Shown piece by piece: positions 9,973 through 19,056 of a stretch of 64,000 bases of DNA (positions are counted from its first letter, which is position 1; the number at the start of each line of letters is the position of its first letter). Origin of the DNA: a virus. Lineage: Duplodnaviria; Caudoviricetes. Where the stretch lies: the IMG/VR virus record IMGVR_UViG_3300011774_000001, positions 96,001-160,000 of that record, one strand, 5' to 3'. The notes under the pieces are model-generated. The model saw only the letters and a list, made by a program, of their open reading frames with translations. It was not told the DNA's origin and did not search any database. Both the position numbers and the translations under genes were made by a program.

Positions 9973-10320
9973 ATGGCTAGCAACAACTCCGCAGTTCTTT
10001 ACATCCGCAACCCTGACGAGCGCTCCGCTCAGCGTCATCTGGCTGTGGACGATGACCCCAAGTGGGTTGCCAAAGTCAAATATGTTCTGGAGAACGGTGC
10101 CGAGTACGCTGACCTGGTAGGTCCGCTACTGGTTGCCCACGATGTATCTGGCGGTGGTCGGATGATGTTCTACCCACTGCCCTACATCTTCCGTACTGAA
10201 CGCGAGCGCGCTGTAGCGGCTGCTCGCCTGGGTAAAACACCACCCCCAGAAACTTGGGTTCAGCGCAAGGTGCGCGTACTGCAAAAGATGTTTGGCCGTC
10301 AAGAGCCACAGGTCGCCTAA
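9973..10320 (+). CDS. hypothetical protein
   Basis: SD AAGGAGG. Confidence 0.75.
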   Translation: MASNNSAVLYIRNPDERSAQRHLAVDDDPKWVAKVKYVLENGAEYADLVGPLLVAHDVSGGGRMMFYPLPYIFRTERERAVAAARLGKTPPPETWVQRKVRVLQKMFGRQEPQVA

Positions 10321-10335
10321 ATCTTAAGGCGGCGT

Positions 10336-10358
10336 AATCCCCACGTCCTAGGGAGGAC
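10336..10358 (+). repeat. SD-hairpin leader, copy 6
   Basis: AATCCCCAC-GTCCT-AGGG-AGGAC. Confidence 0.85.
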
Positions 10359-10363
10359 AAGTG

Positions 10364-10732
10364 ATGAAGTCGATCCGTGAAAATGTAATGGAAACGAAAC
10401 TCCACACCACTGAACGCACTGTTGTAGACGGCACAGTGATGGCTTACGGTTTGCTGGGCTCTGCACGTGCCTGGCAACAAGATGCCATTCAACAAGGTGA
10501 CGTAGGCGATGCACATACTCGCCTGCTGCACGAGTTGGCTGTCCTGTTGCACTGTGCACCCAAAGAGGAATCCACACCGGTCCTCAGCAATCTGGAGAGC
10601 CATGGCTTTCTGGTTGGCTTTGAAGTAGAGGCATCCCGTGTGGCCATTGCCTGTGATGGGCATCAGTTGTCTGCAGTCATTACCCGCGATCAAGCCTTGG
10701 CCTATCAGGCTGAGAATAAACTCATCCACTAA
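10364..10732 (+). CDS. hypothetical protein
   Basis: ATG at 10364 (or GTG at 10361) behind SD leader. Confidence 0.7.
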   Translation: MKSIRENVMETKLHTTERTVVDGTVMAYGLLGSARAWQQDAIQQGDVGDAHTRLLHELAVLLHCAPKEESTPVLSNLESHGFLVGFEVEASRVAIACDGHQLSAVITRDQALAYQAENKLIH

Positions 10733-10749
10733 CCCGATAAGGAGGACGT

Positions 10750-11259
10750 ATGAAAAAGCACATCGAACATGCGTCCTCCATCATCGCGCAACATTACGGC
10801 CTTGTCTGGAACGGACGCTCACTGACTCTCAAACGCTGGGAGTCGGTGGGTTGTCTGTCCAGTTTATTTTTTGTTTCAATACACCTAGATTCCAGCACAC
10901 ACCTCTATCTCGTTGACCGCAAGGACATCGATACCGAAGAGGAGGGCATGCGTTTGAAGCTACCGTGTTTTCATTTCAGTCCGCAGATGGTCGACTCCCT
11001 AGAGAGTGATCGACATCAAGTGTGGTATCTAGCCGCTGAAGGGGAACTGATCCTCATCAAAGATCACAATGTCGAACGACTGTTCAAGCGACTGCGCATT
11101 ACCCATGTAGGTGGTGATCGTCATCGATTTGAGCAAGATGTGTTGGGCACCGACATTGAGATCAGGCAACCTTATCAACCCGGTCGAGGTAGGGTTAGAA
11201 AGGATTATTGGAAGAACCACCTCAACCGAAAGCCTAAGCCGGTCTTGGTGCCGGCATAA
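10750..11259 (+). CDS. hypothetical protein
   Basis: SD AAGGAGG. Confidence 0.75.
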   Translation: MKKHIEHASSIIAQHYGLVWNGRSLTLKRWESVGCLSSLFFVSIHLDSSTHLYLVDRKDIDTEEEGMRLKLPCFHFSPQMVDSLESDRHQVWYLAAEGELILIKDHNVERLFKRLRITHVGGDRHRFEQDVLGTDIEIRQPYQPGRGRVRKDYWKNHLNRKPKPVLVPA

Positions 11260-11309
11260 TTCTCCCTCCTGCCTTTCGGGGCGGGGGGGTCTATGCTGTC
11301 TTTTTTTTT
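11253..11309 (+). terminator. terminator ending the early block
   Basis: GGCATA...CCCTCCTGCCT-TTCG-GGGCGGGGGGG...TATGC, then T-tract. Confidence 0.8.
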
Positions 11310-11395
11310 GTGTCGTGGTGGCCATTTGATGTACGTTCACCCAGAGTTAATCTATGTAGTACCCTGACAATCCCCCTTATGTACGGAGTTTGGCC

Positions 11396-11785
11396 ATGAC
11401 ATCTGCATTGGTTAAACGCATAGAGTCAACGACTCAGTCGCGCTACATTCTGGATGGCAGGGGTCCCTCTGTTGCCCAGTATTGGTCAGACTATCGGGGC
11501 CTCGAAGCTATGCTCTCTGAGCGGCATAGCACTGCGCTGTACATGGCGCAAGTGGCTAAGGAAAGGGGTGAACTAGACCGTAAGTTCTCGACAGACATTC
11601 CCCAGTCAGTCTTGAACAACTACATTGTCCAAGCACCCTCGATTCTGCGCAAGCTGGACAGAGATATCAAAAACATCATTGATGAAGGAGGAGCTGACGC
11701 AATAGTGTACTTGAAAACACTATCCACGGTTAGAGGCGCGATGACTGACACCATCACGCACTTAGGCCGACTTGTAGGAAGCTGA
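11396..11785 (+). CDS. hypothetical protein
   Basis: SD GGAG, ATG at 11396. Confidence 0.65.
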   Translation: MTSALVKRIESTTQSRYILDGRGPSVAQYWSDYRGLEAMLSERHSTALYMAQVAKERGELDRKFSTDIPQSVLNNYIVQAPSILRKLDRDIKNIIDEGGADAIVYLKTLSTVRGAMTDTITHLGRLVGS

Positions 11786-11787
11786 TC

Positions 11788-12234
11788 ATGACTGTATCTG
11801 TCACTTACCAAAGCGTCTTTGATTCCCCAGCCCAGGCGCTGGTGGTTACGGTAAACTGTGTCGGCATCATGGGTAAGGGCGTAGCTGAAGTTTGTAAGCG
11901 CAAATACCCGCAAGTGTTCATCGACTATGTTCGCCGTTGCCGAAGTGGCAAGATCACTGTTGGTCGGATAAGTAATGAAGATTGCTACCAGCTGGCTGAT
12001 GGGCGGTACATCATCCTGTTCCCCACCAAAAACCACTGGAGACGAGACAGTCAAGTTTGTTGGATTGAAACAGGGTTAGCCGACCTTCTCGGTCACTGCC
12101 ACCGTCTGAGCTTAGATGACGTGGCCTTACCTCCCCCAGGCTGCGGTAATGGTGGCTTGGAATTAAGCGACGTTAAGCCTCTAATCGACCTCATGTTCGA
12201 GGAAGAGGGTGTTGAGGTTACCTTATGTATATAG
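11788..12234 (+). CDS. macrodomain ADP-ribose hydrolase (DarG/TARG1-like)
   Basis: VNCVGIMGKGVA, FPTKNHW, PGCGNGGL motifs. Confidence 0.88.
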   Translation: MTVSVTYQSVFDSPAQALVVTVNCVGIMGKGVAEVCKRKYPQVFIDYVRRCRSGKITVGRISNEDCYQLADGRYIILFPTKNHWRRDSQVCWIETGLADLLGHCHRLSLDDVALPPPGCGNGGLELSDVKPLIDLMFEEEGVEVTLCI

Positions 12235-12239
12235 ACGCG

Positions 12240-12500
12240 TTGCTGCGGCTAGATCCTTACCCTGAGGAGTCGGTCAGCGAACTGGGATTCCAGTCATGAC
12301 TGGCAAGAGGGGTGCGGCGGTGGGCTTTCGTCCTTTTCACCACCGCAAGTTGTACAGTGCTGGTCCTCTTTTGGGGACTCAGGTTGTGCAGCCTACAGAA
12401 CATTGGGGCGTCACGCCCTTGCCCGCCCTCCCCCGTGTTCTGTGGGGTGCTTCCTCATCGCACCGGTGTTAGAGTCAGCCTTCGGGCTGGCTCTTATGCC
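12240..12500 (+). ncRNA. putative structured ncRNA (~260 nt), ending in a cUUCGg hairpin
   Basis: Intergenic; seven consecutive stem-loops, several with + strand G-U pairs. Confidence 0.55.
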
Positions 12501-12552
12501 CTGGTCCATTCTATGCGACATACTGTCGTTGTGAACCCCAAGGAGATGCTCC

Positions 12553-13071
12553 ATGAAAATCAATGTGGCCAAAACGGCACAGGAAAACTTGATCGACCTG
12601 ATCATCGACGCCAACCCTGGTAAGTCGTTGACCGCCGCTCAGTTCACTGCTGCCAACCCTGTCGTTATCCCAGACGACGCCGGTCGCAACACCACCATCG
12701 TTCTGTCCGCTGTTGTGGGTCAGGGCTACGGTGCTGGCGACGTTACTTTCAAATACACCCGTCTGGGTCTGGCTGGCGTTAACGTCACCCCAGTTACCAG
12801 CGTGCGCGTTGCTGAAGGCGATGACCAGGCTGCCTCGCTGGCCAAGGTGCTGGCTGCCGTTGGCATCCTGGGTAGCGAAGTTGATGCGTCTGACTACGCT
12901 GCACCGACTGACGACACCGTTCCAGGCATGATCACCCTGACCCCGAAGGCCAACTCCGCGTTGTACGTCGGCGAAGAAGTGGTCATCGAACTGACCTGGG
13001 CGCCTGAAGTAGAGCCTACCCTGGCTGACACCTTCACCACCACCGATCTGGACGGCTTCGAGCCTGCCTAA
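12553..13071 (+). CDS. virion tail/baseplate-fibre paralog
   Basis: NT...GYG...F.Y.RL family motif; C-terminal LDGFEPA shared with neighbour. Confidence 0.75.
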   Translation: MKINVAKTAQENLIDLIIDANPGKSLTAAQFTAANPVVIPDDAGRNTTIVLSAVVGQGYGAGDVTFKYTRLGLAGVNVTPVTSVRVAEGDDQAASLAKVLAAVGILGSEVDASDYAAPTDDTVPGMITLTPKANSALYVGEEVVIELTWAPEVEPTLADTFTTTDLDGFEPA

Positions 13072-13082
13072 GTCGTAATGGC

Positions 13083-13123
13083 GACATACGCCCCCTGCCC
13101 TTTGCGGGGCAGGGGGTTTATGC
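13083..13123. terminator. bidirectional hairpin
   Basis: GACATA..CCCCCTGCCCT-TTGC-GGGGCAGGGGG..TATGC. Confidence 0.8.
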
Positions 13124-13813
13124 TCATGCTGGTTCAAACCCGTTAAGGCTTTTGTTCTCAAACACTTCGGCCAATGTAGGCTCAGCACCCATGGTTGCAA
13201 TGCTGCCCGGTACAAAGAAGTAGCTCTCTGCACCCGCTACCAAATAGATGGAGTTGGCAGTAACCCGGCATTTGGTCAGGTCAAAGTCAGCATCGACCAC
13301 CAGAATACCCTTGGCACGAATGGCTGCAATCACTGCAGTCATGTTGGGTAGCGAACTACCCGGTACCAACTTCATGGCCGCCAATACGTTCATGTAGCGA
13401 CGTTCGTAGATTACCGTCACTGGAACGCGGTACGCACTGGTTTCTGAAGGCGACAGCAGAACATTGGTTCGTGCAGGACCAACGCTCAGATCCGCAACAG
13501 GCTTACCAATGATCAGTGTGTTCCAGTCGGGCACTACGGTCATCTTGCGGGTCACCATGACCTTGAAGTTGTCCAGCCCCGTGATGTCGTAAGGCAGTGT
13601 AACAAAGCCTTCCTGCACCTGAGCGACCAACACCCGAGCACTGGCAGTACGGATCACTGGGGCAGATTTCTGGGCCACCAGTGTCCGCACGCTGGCTACC
13701 CTGGCCGCGGGATGGGGTTTCTCAATCACAATGCCCTGTACAGAGAACAAGTCTGTGGAGACCCTCTCCTGTTCAACGACCAGACCTTGCAGTGTAAACA
13801 GATCAGTATCCAT
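13124..13813 (-). CDS. virion tail/baseplate-fibre paralog
   Basis: Family motif; ends LNGFEPA. Confidence 0.7.
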   Translation of the reverse strand: MDTDLFTLQGLVVEQERVSTDLFSVQGIVIEKPHPAARVASVRTLVAQKSAPVIRTASARVLVAQVQEGFVTLPYDITGLDNFKVMVTRKMTVVPDWNTLIIGKPVADLSVGPARTNVLLSPSETSAYRVPVTVIYERRYMNVLAAMKLVPGSSLPNMTAVIAAIRAKGILVVDADFDLTKCRVTANSIYLVAGAESYFFVPGSIATMGAEPTLAEVFENKSLNGFEPA

Positions 13814-13823
13814 GGAATTCCCC

Positions 13824-14879
13824 TTAACGTGCTACTACGGTAAGGGAAACCTCTAGCCCGTTAAGGGCAGTGGCTGGGACAGATTCAGCGCTGTTGCGAG
13901 AACCGTTGATCAGTCGAACTGCAGGACCTGTCAGGGCCACCGCCGAGTTGGGGGACAGGGTAACACTGTCGTTGTGAGTGCCGCGAGTAATCTTGGCAAC
14001 AACGTCCGAAGGACTGCCCTGGGCATAGGCACAACGACTTTGCACCATGACACCACTGACGTTAGCCACGTTTGGCAAGACGTACCCATCCACTGGTTTC
14101 AGTTTAAGCACTGGATTGACGCCGTTACCCAGGATGTACTTACCTGTGTCCGTCGCAAAGTCACGCCATGCCTGAACATTGGCCAGGTTAGTCATGTCCC
14201 AATCCGTGCTGGACACGACCTGCATTGGAATGTCGGTGATGTCCTGAGGACCCAGACGACCACTGGGTGTGTCATCGCCGATGTCTGCGGTAACGTAGAT
14301 GTCGGTCATCCAGATACCTTCGGTACCACTGATCGGGAAACCCAATGCCCAGGTATTGGCACCGAACTCGGCCTTATCGGTCGTGTCAGTAACTGTGTTG
14401 ATCCACTGGAAGCGGCCATCGATGTACGCGGATATCGTGCGGTCAGTGCGGTTGAATACCAGCTCCAAATACCACTCCGTCACGTTGGCCGGAATGTTCT
14501 GCATCCAGTATGCCCCGCGCAGGGTTTTGAAGACAGGGAAGTTCAGGGGGGTGGTAGGTGTGCCAAGCTTACGCTTGAGACGCAGACCGATCGTGAACAC
14601 GTTAGCAGAGGCGGGTACCAGGCTACCGATGTTCATGACGTACTGGTTGAAAACGTTGACAATACCGTAACCAGTATAACCACCCAACCAATATTTGTTC
14701 CCCACCTTCTCTACACCGAGACCCCATGGCTGACCACCCGAGCCCCAGTTGGCACCGGCGTTGACCAGAGGAATTGCACCAGGCAACCCTAGGGCACCAG
14801 CCCCCGCTGCAGTGGCGATGGCAGACAGTTCAATGCCTGTCTGTACGCCAGCAAAGTTTTCAAGTTGTGTAATGGCCAT
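13824..14879 (-). CDS. putative tail fibre/receptor-binding protein (lectin-like beta sandwich)
   Basis: WYLELVFN..ISAYIDG, DIY..D..RLGP; paralog of 14879 and 17074. Confidence 0.65.
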   Translation of the reverse strand: MAITQLENFAGVQTGIELSAIATAAGAGALGLPGAIPLVNAGANWGSGGQPWGLGVEKVGNKYWLGGYTGYGIVNVFNQYVMNIGSLVPASANVFTIGLRLKRKLGTPTTPLNFPVFKTLRGAYWMQNIPANVTEWYLELVFNRTDRTISAYIDGRFQWINTVTDTTDKAEFGANTWALGFPISGTEGIWMTDIYVTADIGDDTPSGRLGPQDITDIPMQVVSSTDWDMTNLANVQAWRDFATDTGKYILGNGVNPVLKLKPVDGYVLPNVANVSGVMVQSRCAYAQGSPSDVVAKITRGTHNDSVTLSPNSAVALTGPAVRLINGSRNSAESVPATALNGLEVSLTVVAR

Positions 14880-15961
14880 TATGCAGGGTCCTTCAGAGTA
14901 ATGCTGAAGTCAACCGAGGCCAGAGGCACGTTGGCCGCTACAAACTCGGCACGAGGGCGTGTCCAGTTGACCACGTCAGCAGTCGTGGTGGTAAAGTTGA
15001 TCGCACTGGCGTTGGTGTACTTGGTTCCATCCACGGTCTGCGAGATATCGACCTGTGGTATGACTGCGGCACTACGCCGGCCACCCACCAGAACACCTGC
15101 AGCCAACACCTTACCTGGAATTGCGGAGAGGTCCAGTTTGAAATTGACAGCGCTGTTAGCGTCCGTCAGTTTCACAGTGCCGGCAGCCTTGGACCAAGCA
15201 CCACCCGAGGCCGTGTTAACCAGCGGTTGGTTGAGGATGGTTTGGGCAGTGGCAGCATCCTTGTTGGCACCCACTACGCCGGTGACTGTCACCGGGGCAC
15301 GTTTGATGTTCACAGGACCCAAGCGTTTAGTGACGCCAATGCCGTCATCCACCACGATGTAAATGTCGCGAACCTTGAACTGGTCGGGGCTGACTTTTGC
15401 CGCACCGTTGTTGGTCCATGCGGTTGCGTTCTTGAACGGAACACCTAAGGTAAGTTCGCGACCGTTGTTGATGTCCGAATACAGTTGAGGGAACGACGTC
15501 AGGGCTGATTCACTAATAAGTGCACCGTCCTTGTAGACACGGAATTTATTGCCGGTGAAGTCGATCTCAATTTCCAAGAACGCTTCTGGTGTACCGGTGC
15601 CCCCCACAAACCCGAGAGCAGCGCCGTTACTCAATAGCAGGTCATTGACTGGCTGGCCGGTGGCCGCTAGTCTGAACAGCGCGTAACCGGCGTTGTTGAC
15701 GTTGCGATAACGAGCGCCGAACCAGTAGACCTTGGTTTTGTCGAGCGTCAGCGGTAGAAGGTATTGGCCGCGGTATTCACCAACACCGTTACCCTCGACC
15801 GCACACATCCAACCCGCTTCATCAATGCAGGGGTTCTGCACCCAACTGGTCGAGCTGTAATAGACACCGACGTCACTCATCGGGACAAGGCCAAAGCTTT
15901 TCAGGCTGGCCCCTCCGATAGAACGTAGGTTGTCGAAACAATAAGCAGCTAAGAGACTCAT
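14879..15961 (-). CDS. putative tail fibre/receptor-binding protein
   Basis: FLEIEIDF..VYKDG, DIYIVVD..RLGP. Confidence 0.65.
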   Translation of the reverse strand: MSLLAAYCFDNLRSIGGASLKSFGLVPMSDVGVYYSSTSWVQNPCIDEAGWMCAVEGNGVGEYRGQYLLPLTLDKTKVYWFGARYRNVNNAGYALFRLAATGQPVNDLLLSNGAALGFVGGTGTPEAFLEIEIDFTGNKFRVYKDGALISESALTSFPQLYSDINNGRELTLGVPFKNATAWTNNGAAKVSPDQFKVRDIYIVVDDGIGVTKRLGPVNIKRAPVTVTGVVGANKDAATAQTILNQPLVNTASGGAWSKAAGTVKLTDANSAVNFKLDLSAIPGKVLAAGVLVGGRRSAAVIPQVDISQTVDGTKYTNASAINFTTTTADVVNWTRPRAEFVAANVPLASVDFSITLKDPA

Positions 15962-15970
15962 GGTACCTCC

Positions 15971-17062
15971 TTACACGGAACCAAGACTGAGAGAGGTAAA
16001 GACCGTCGCCAAAGCAGGCTTACGACCTACTGTGAGCGTGTATGTGCCCTTAAAGAGCGGAGAGCTGGCCTTTGCCTGCAGCGTCAGTGTAAACGTCGTC
16101 AGGCTGTCCTGAGCGACCACAGGGAGATCTTCCACATCGTAGATGGTGAAGGGGATGCCTGTGATGGCTTGGATGGTTGGCAAGATGTGATGGATCGTTG
16201 TATCCTCCAAGACCTTGGTGGTCGTGGGGAATGTGAAGGCCGACATCCCTGCCAGATCCAGACGATTGTAGAACACCTTGTGCGACTGGGTACTCTGGCC
16301 GTCAGCGCTTGGGTAGGACACGTCCCGCTGGATCTCGCGGATACTGGAAGGTCCTGGGTTGAGCGATGCAGTATTGGCGAAGGTCACACCCGCTGCTGCC
16401 ACAGTCCGACCCAGTACGGTATTCAGCTGTGCAACAAAGGCCGCTTTGGCAAAGTACGCTGGCAACGCCGCCAAGGTGGCTGGCCAAGCCAGTCCTGCAA
16501 ACTCCCAGTCACGATCGGACGGACACATCCAACCCACGTTGATCTGGGTACCCGGTTGGAAGTACATCGAGTTGGCAGAGGCTTCCAGTGTGCAAGGACC
16601 ATCTTGGGGGATGGGTGCAGACTTGAAGTCAGAGGGGGTTAGTGCTGTGCCGAAGGTGGTGTTGAAACGTGTCACCACCTGATCGGTTGTGGTCATGACC
16701 TTGTCGTACTTGAGGATGTCGAGATCCCGATTCACGACAATCTCTTTTGCAGGGAACCGGTAGTACGCAAAATCCATGTTACCACGGTAACCAGAACTTG
16801 GTTTGAACACCACATTCAGCTTGGTGTTGAAACGGTCCTTGACCTCAGCCACAGGTACACCCAGCGTCAGATCGGCGGCAACGAAACCTTTTTGATGGGT
16901 CACGTTGATCGAGTCAATGATGTGCTGGGTAACCTCGACCTTGAACGGGTCTGTGGGGAGGGTGGACAAAACAGCGTAGGCCGCGACCTGATCCACCCGC
17001 AACACATCCGGCTGCTTAAGGATCGCGTAGGCCGCGACCTGATCAACTTTTACAGTTGCCAT
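15971..17062 (-). CDS. virion tail/baseplate-fibre paralog with two family domains
   Basis: N-terminal VDQVAAYA duplicated; SGYRG..Y.R and FYNRLDL. Confidence 0.7.
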   Translation of the reverse strand: MATVKVDQVAAYAILKQPDVLRVDQVAAYAVLSTLPTDPFKVEVTQHIIDSINVTHQKGFVAADLTLGVPVAEVKDRFNTKLNVVFKPSSGYRGNMDFAYYRFPAKEIVVNRDLDILKYDKVMTTTDQVVTRFNTTFGTALTPSDFKSAPIPQDGPCTLEASANSMYFQPGTQINVGWMCPSDRDWEFAGLAWPATLAALPAYFAKAAFVAQLNTVLGRTVAAAGVTFANTASLNPGPSSIREIQRDVSYPSADGQSTQSHKVFYNRLDLAGMSAFTFPTTTKVLEDTTIHHILPTIQAITGIPFTIYDVEDLPVVAQDSLTTFTLTLQAKASSPLFKGTYTLTVGRKPALATVFTSLSLGSV

Positions 17063-17073
17063 CGACGTTCACC

Positions 17074-18210
17074 TTAAGAAGTGGCTGCCAACTTGACGGA
17101 GTATTTGTCAAGCTCTGTTTTGGCAGGTGTGGCGGCAATCGACTTGAACGCCATGCGGCGAGCAAAGCCCGTGGTCAACAGATTGCTACGGGTAAGGTCG
17201 AAGGTTTGCTGGAAAGAGGCGGTCAGGTTCTGTTCCGACGCACCACTCTTGAGCAGGTCCCCACGCAGGTTTGAAGTACCACTCGAACCCAACGCATCTA
17301 CCTGCACCATGATCGCCTTGACGCTGTCCTGATCACTGATACCAGTGGTGTCGAAAGTCACCAGACCATTGGCATCAGTGTCGGTCACGTTGACGGTGGT
17401 TGGGGCTGCGTCTGGGGTACCGAAAGCCAGGTGCGTGTCGTTGAACGATTCGACAATGGTCTTGCCCGCAGTGTTGGGTGTCCAGGTGGGGGCGTTGACC
17501 GCCTTGACTGGCATGTTTTTGAGAACAACAGGGCCGACCTTCTTGACCATGTCGTTGGCCGCGATCTCGGACAGGATAATGTCCTTGAAAGCGTCTTCAC
17601 GATACTGCTCGGCATAACCACCGGCCTGGTTGGTACGCACACCAATCCAGAAGGCCACCAACGAGGCACCCGCCGTAAGCCTTGAGGAAACAGACATGGT
17701 CTTGAGATAAACGTTGTCGCGATAGACGATGACCTCGCCGGTGTCGCGATCCACGGTGATCTCGAAGTAATGACTGTTTCCTACCACGCTAGGAGCTGCC
17801 CAGTCTGTTCCCAACACGATCGACAGGGGCTGCAGGGAGTCAGAAAGACGAAGGCCCGCACTGGCCACCAGACTGGTAGATCCAACGCTACCGTTGAATG
17901 TCACACGGAACCCGAAGGACAACATGGTCTTGGTGGCCTGAATGCCGACTTCGGCATTCTCCAGAAGCGCCTCTACGGTCGCGGTGTATAAACCACCGGA
18001 GTAGTTGGACAGGTTTCGAGCGCGGACAACCAATGCATCTGGGTCGTTACCCTTACGAACACCAAAGGTAGATCCCGTTGGAGCGTAGGCGTAGGGGTCG
18101 GTGTAACCAACGGTCATCCGACTACCCACTACCTGACCCACATAGGGAGTGTTGGTGTTGAAGATGTTGGTGGGCGCTTTGGCAAACCCGTAGGAATCAA
18201 TGATGCGCAT
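17074..18210 (-). CDS. putative tail fibre/receptor-binding protein
   Basis: YFEITVDR..VYRDN, DIIL...KVGP. Confidence 0.65.
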   Translation of the reverse strand: MRIIDSYGFAKAPTNIFNTNTPYVGQVVGSRMTVGYTDPYAYAPTGSTFGVRKGNDPDALVVRARNLSNYSGGLYTATVEALLENAEVGIQATKTMLSFGFRVTFNGSVGSTSLVASAGLRLSDSLQPLSIVLGTDWAAPSVVGNSHYFEITVDRDTGEVIVYRDNVYLKTMSVSSRLTAGASLVAFWIGVRTNQAGGYAEQYREDAFKDIILSEIAANDMVKKVGPVVLKNMPVKAVNAPTWTPNTAGKTIVESFNDTHLAFGTPDAAPTTVNVTDTDANGLVTFDTTGISDQDSVKAIMVQVDALGSSGTSNLRGDLLKSGASEQNLTASFQQTFDLTRSNLLTTGFARRMAFKSIAATPAKTELDKYSVKLAATS

Positions 18211-18225
18211 GCTGAACTCCTAGGC

Positions 18226-18549
18226 TTAGTTGCCGTAGTGCATGTACAGGCGGCGGCTGTCCCGACCTTCCAGATCCTGGAGGCGAATACCTACCACGCG
18301 CTTGAACAAGGGGTTGGTGGGCAGCATCGTGTCGTTGTCACCGGTGTAGATGACTTCGGCATTCTGCAGAGAGGTCAGACCATCGCCAGCCGGCACCCAC
18401 TGACCTTGGGAATCAGTCGGGTCGTACTCGCCCAATGCGGCAGAGAGGGTCATGATTTGTTCGTCCGAGAGTGGACCTACTTCCAGCTCATCCAAGAAGT
18501 CCTTGAACGGGGAGAAGTCAACGCGGAAGAAGTTGGGCAAAATTTGCAT
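18226..18549 (-). CDS. stand-alone C-terminal domain of fibre paralog family
   Basis: Ends NPLFKRVVGIRL...LYMHYGN like the ~290-aa paralogs. Confidence 0.7.
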   Translation of the reverse strand: MQILPNFFRVDFSPFKDFLDELEVGPLSDEQIMTLSAALGEYDPTDSQGQWVPAGDGLTSLQNAEVIYTGDNDTMLPTNPLFKRVVGIRLQDLEGRDSRRLYMHYGN

Positions 18550-18551
18550 GG

Positions 18552-19049
18552 TTAACTCCAGTCGAAATAAGAGCTGGTGATGGCTGCCGAGATTGGTGGA
18601 AGACCACCACTATTGAGCGTACAGCTACCTTTCCAGAAGATGCCCGTGGCTTTTGCAGTCAGGGGGATCTTGAACGTTCCGTCACCGTTGTCGACCAGTG
18701 CTGCATCTTCGACGTCATTGGCGTCCAGAAGAACGCCCCACGTTTTGAGGATGTAGGGGAAGCAGTCGTAAACACGAGTAGCTCCAGTCAGCACGGTGGT
18801 GGGTGCGGGGGCTGCACTGTTGCCCAGATGCGCCAGATCAACGCGGGTGTACTTGAACGAACGGTAGTCCTTGTACGTGGGGTTGGTCCCCTGCGCGGTG
18901 AGTTTGATTTTGGTATCAAACCCTTCTGGATCATTCACCAAGGCACTGGGGGTAGAGAACACCCAGAGGTCGGGCGACGAATACGTCAGAGAGTGGATGG
19001 CCTGCAACTGAATGAGCAGGCTGATCTTGGAACCTTGTTTCAAGTCCAT
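18552..19049 (-). CDS. stand-alone N-terminal domain of fibre paralog family
   Basis: FKYTRVDL motif; lacks the C-terminal domain. Confidence 0.7.
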   Translation of the reverse strand: MDLKQGSKISLLIQLQAIHSLTYSSPDLWVFSTPSALVNDPEGFDTKIKLTAQGTNPTYKDYRSFKYTRVDLAHLGNSAAPAPTTVLTGATRVYDCFPYILKTWGVLLDANDVEDAALVDNGDGTFKIPLTAKATGIFWKGSCTLNSGGLPPISAAITSSYFDWS

Positions 19050-19056
19050 GGTTCAC

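Noticed and set aside
4639-10358. Leader repeats as a CRISPR array or integron attC sites
   Set aside because: Spacers are whole genes of variable length; no cas or integrase gene; no GTTRRRY core sites.
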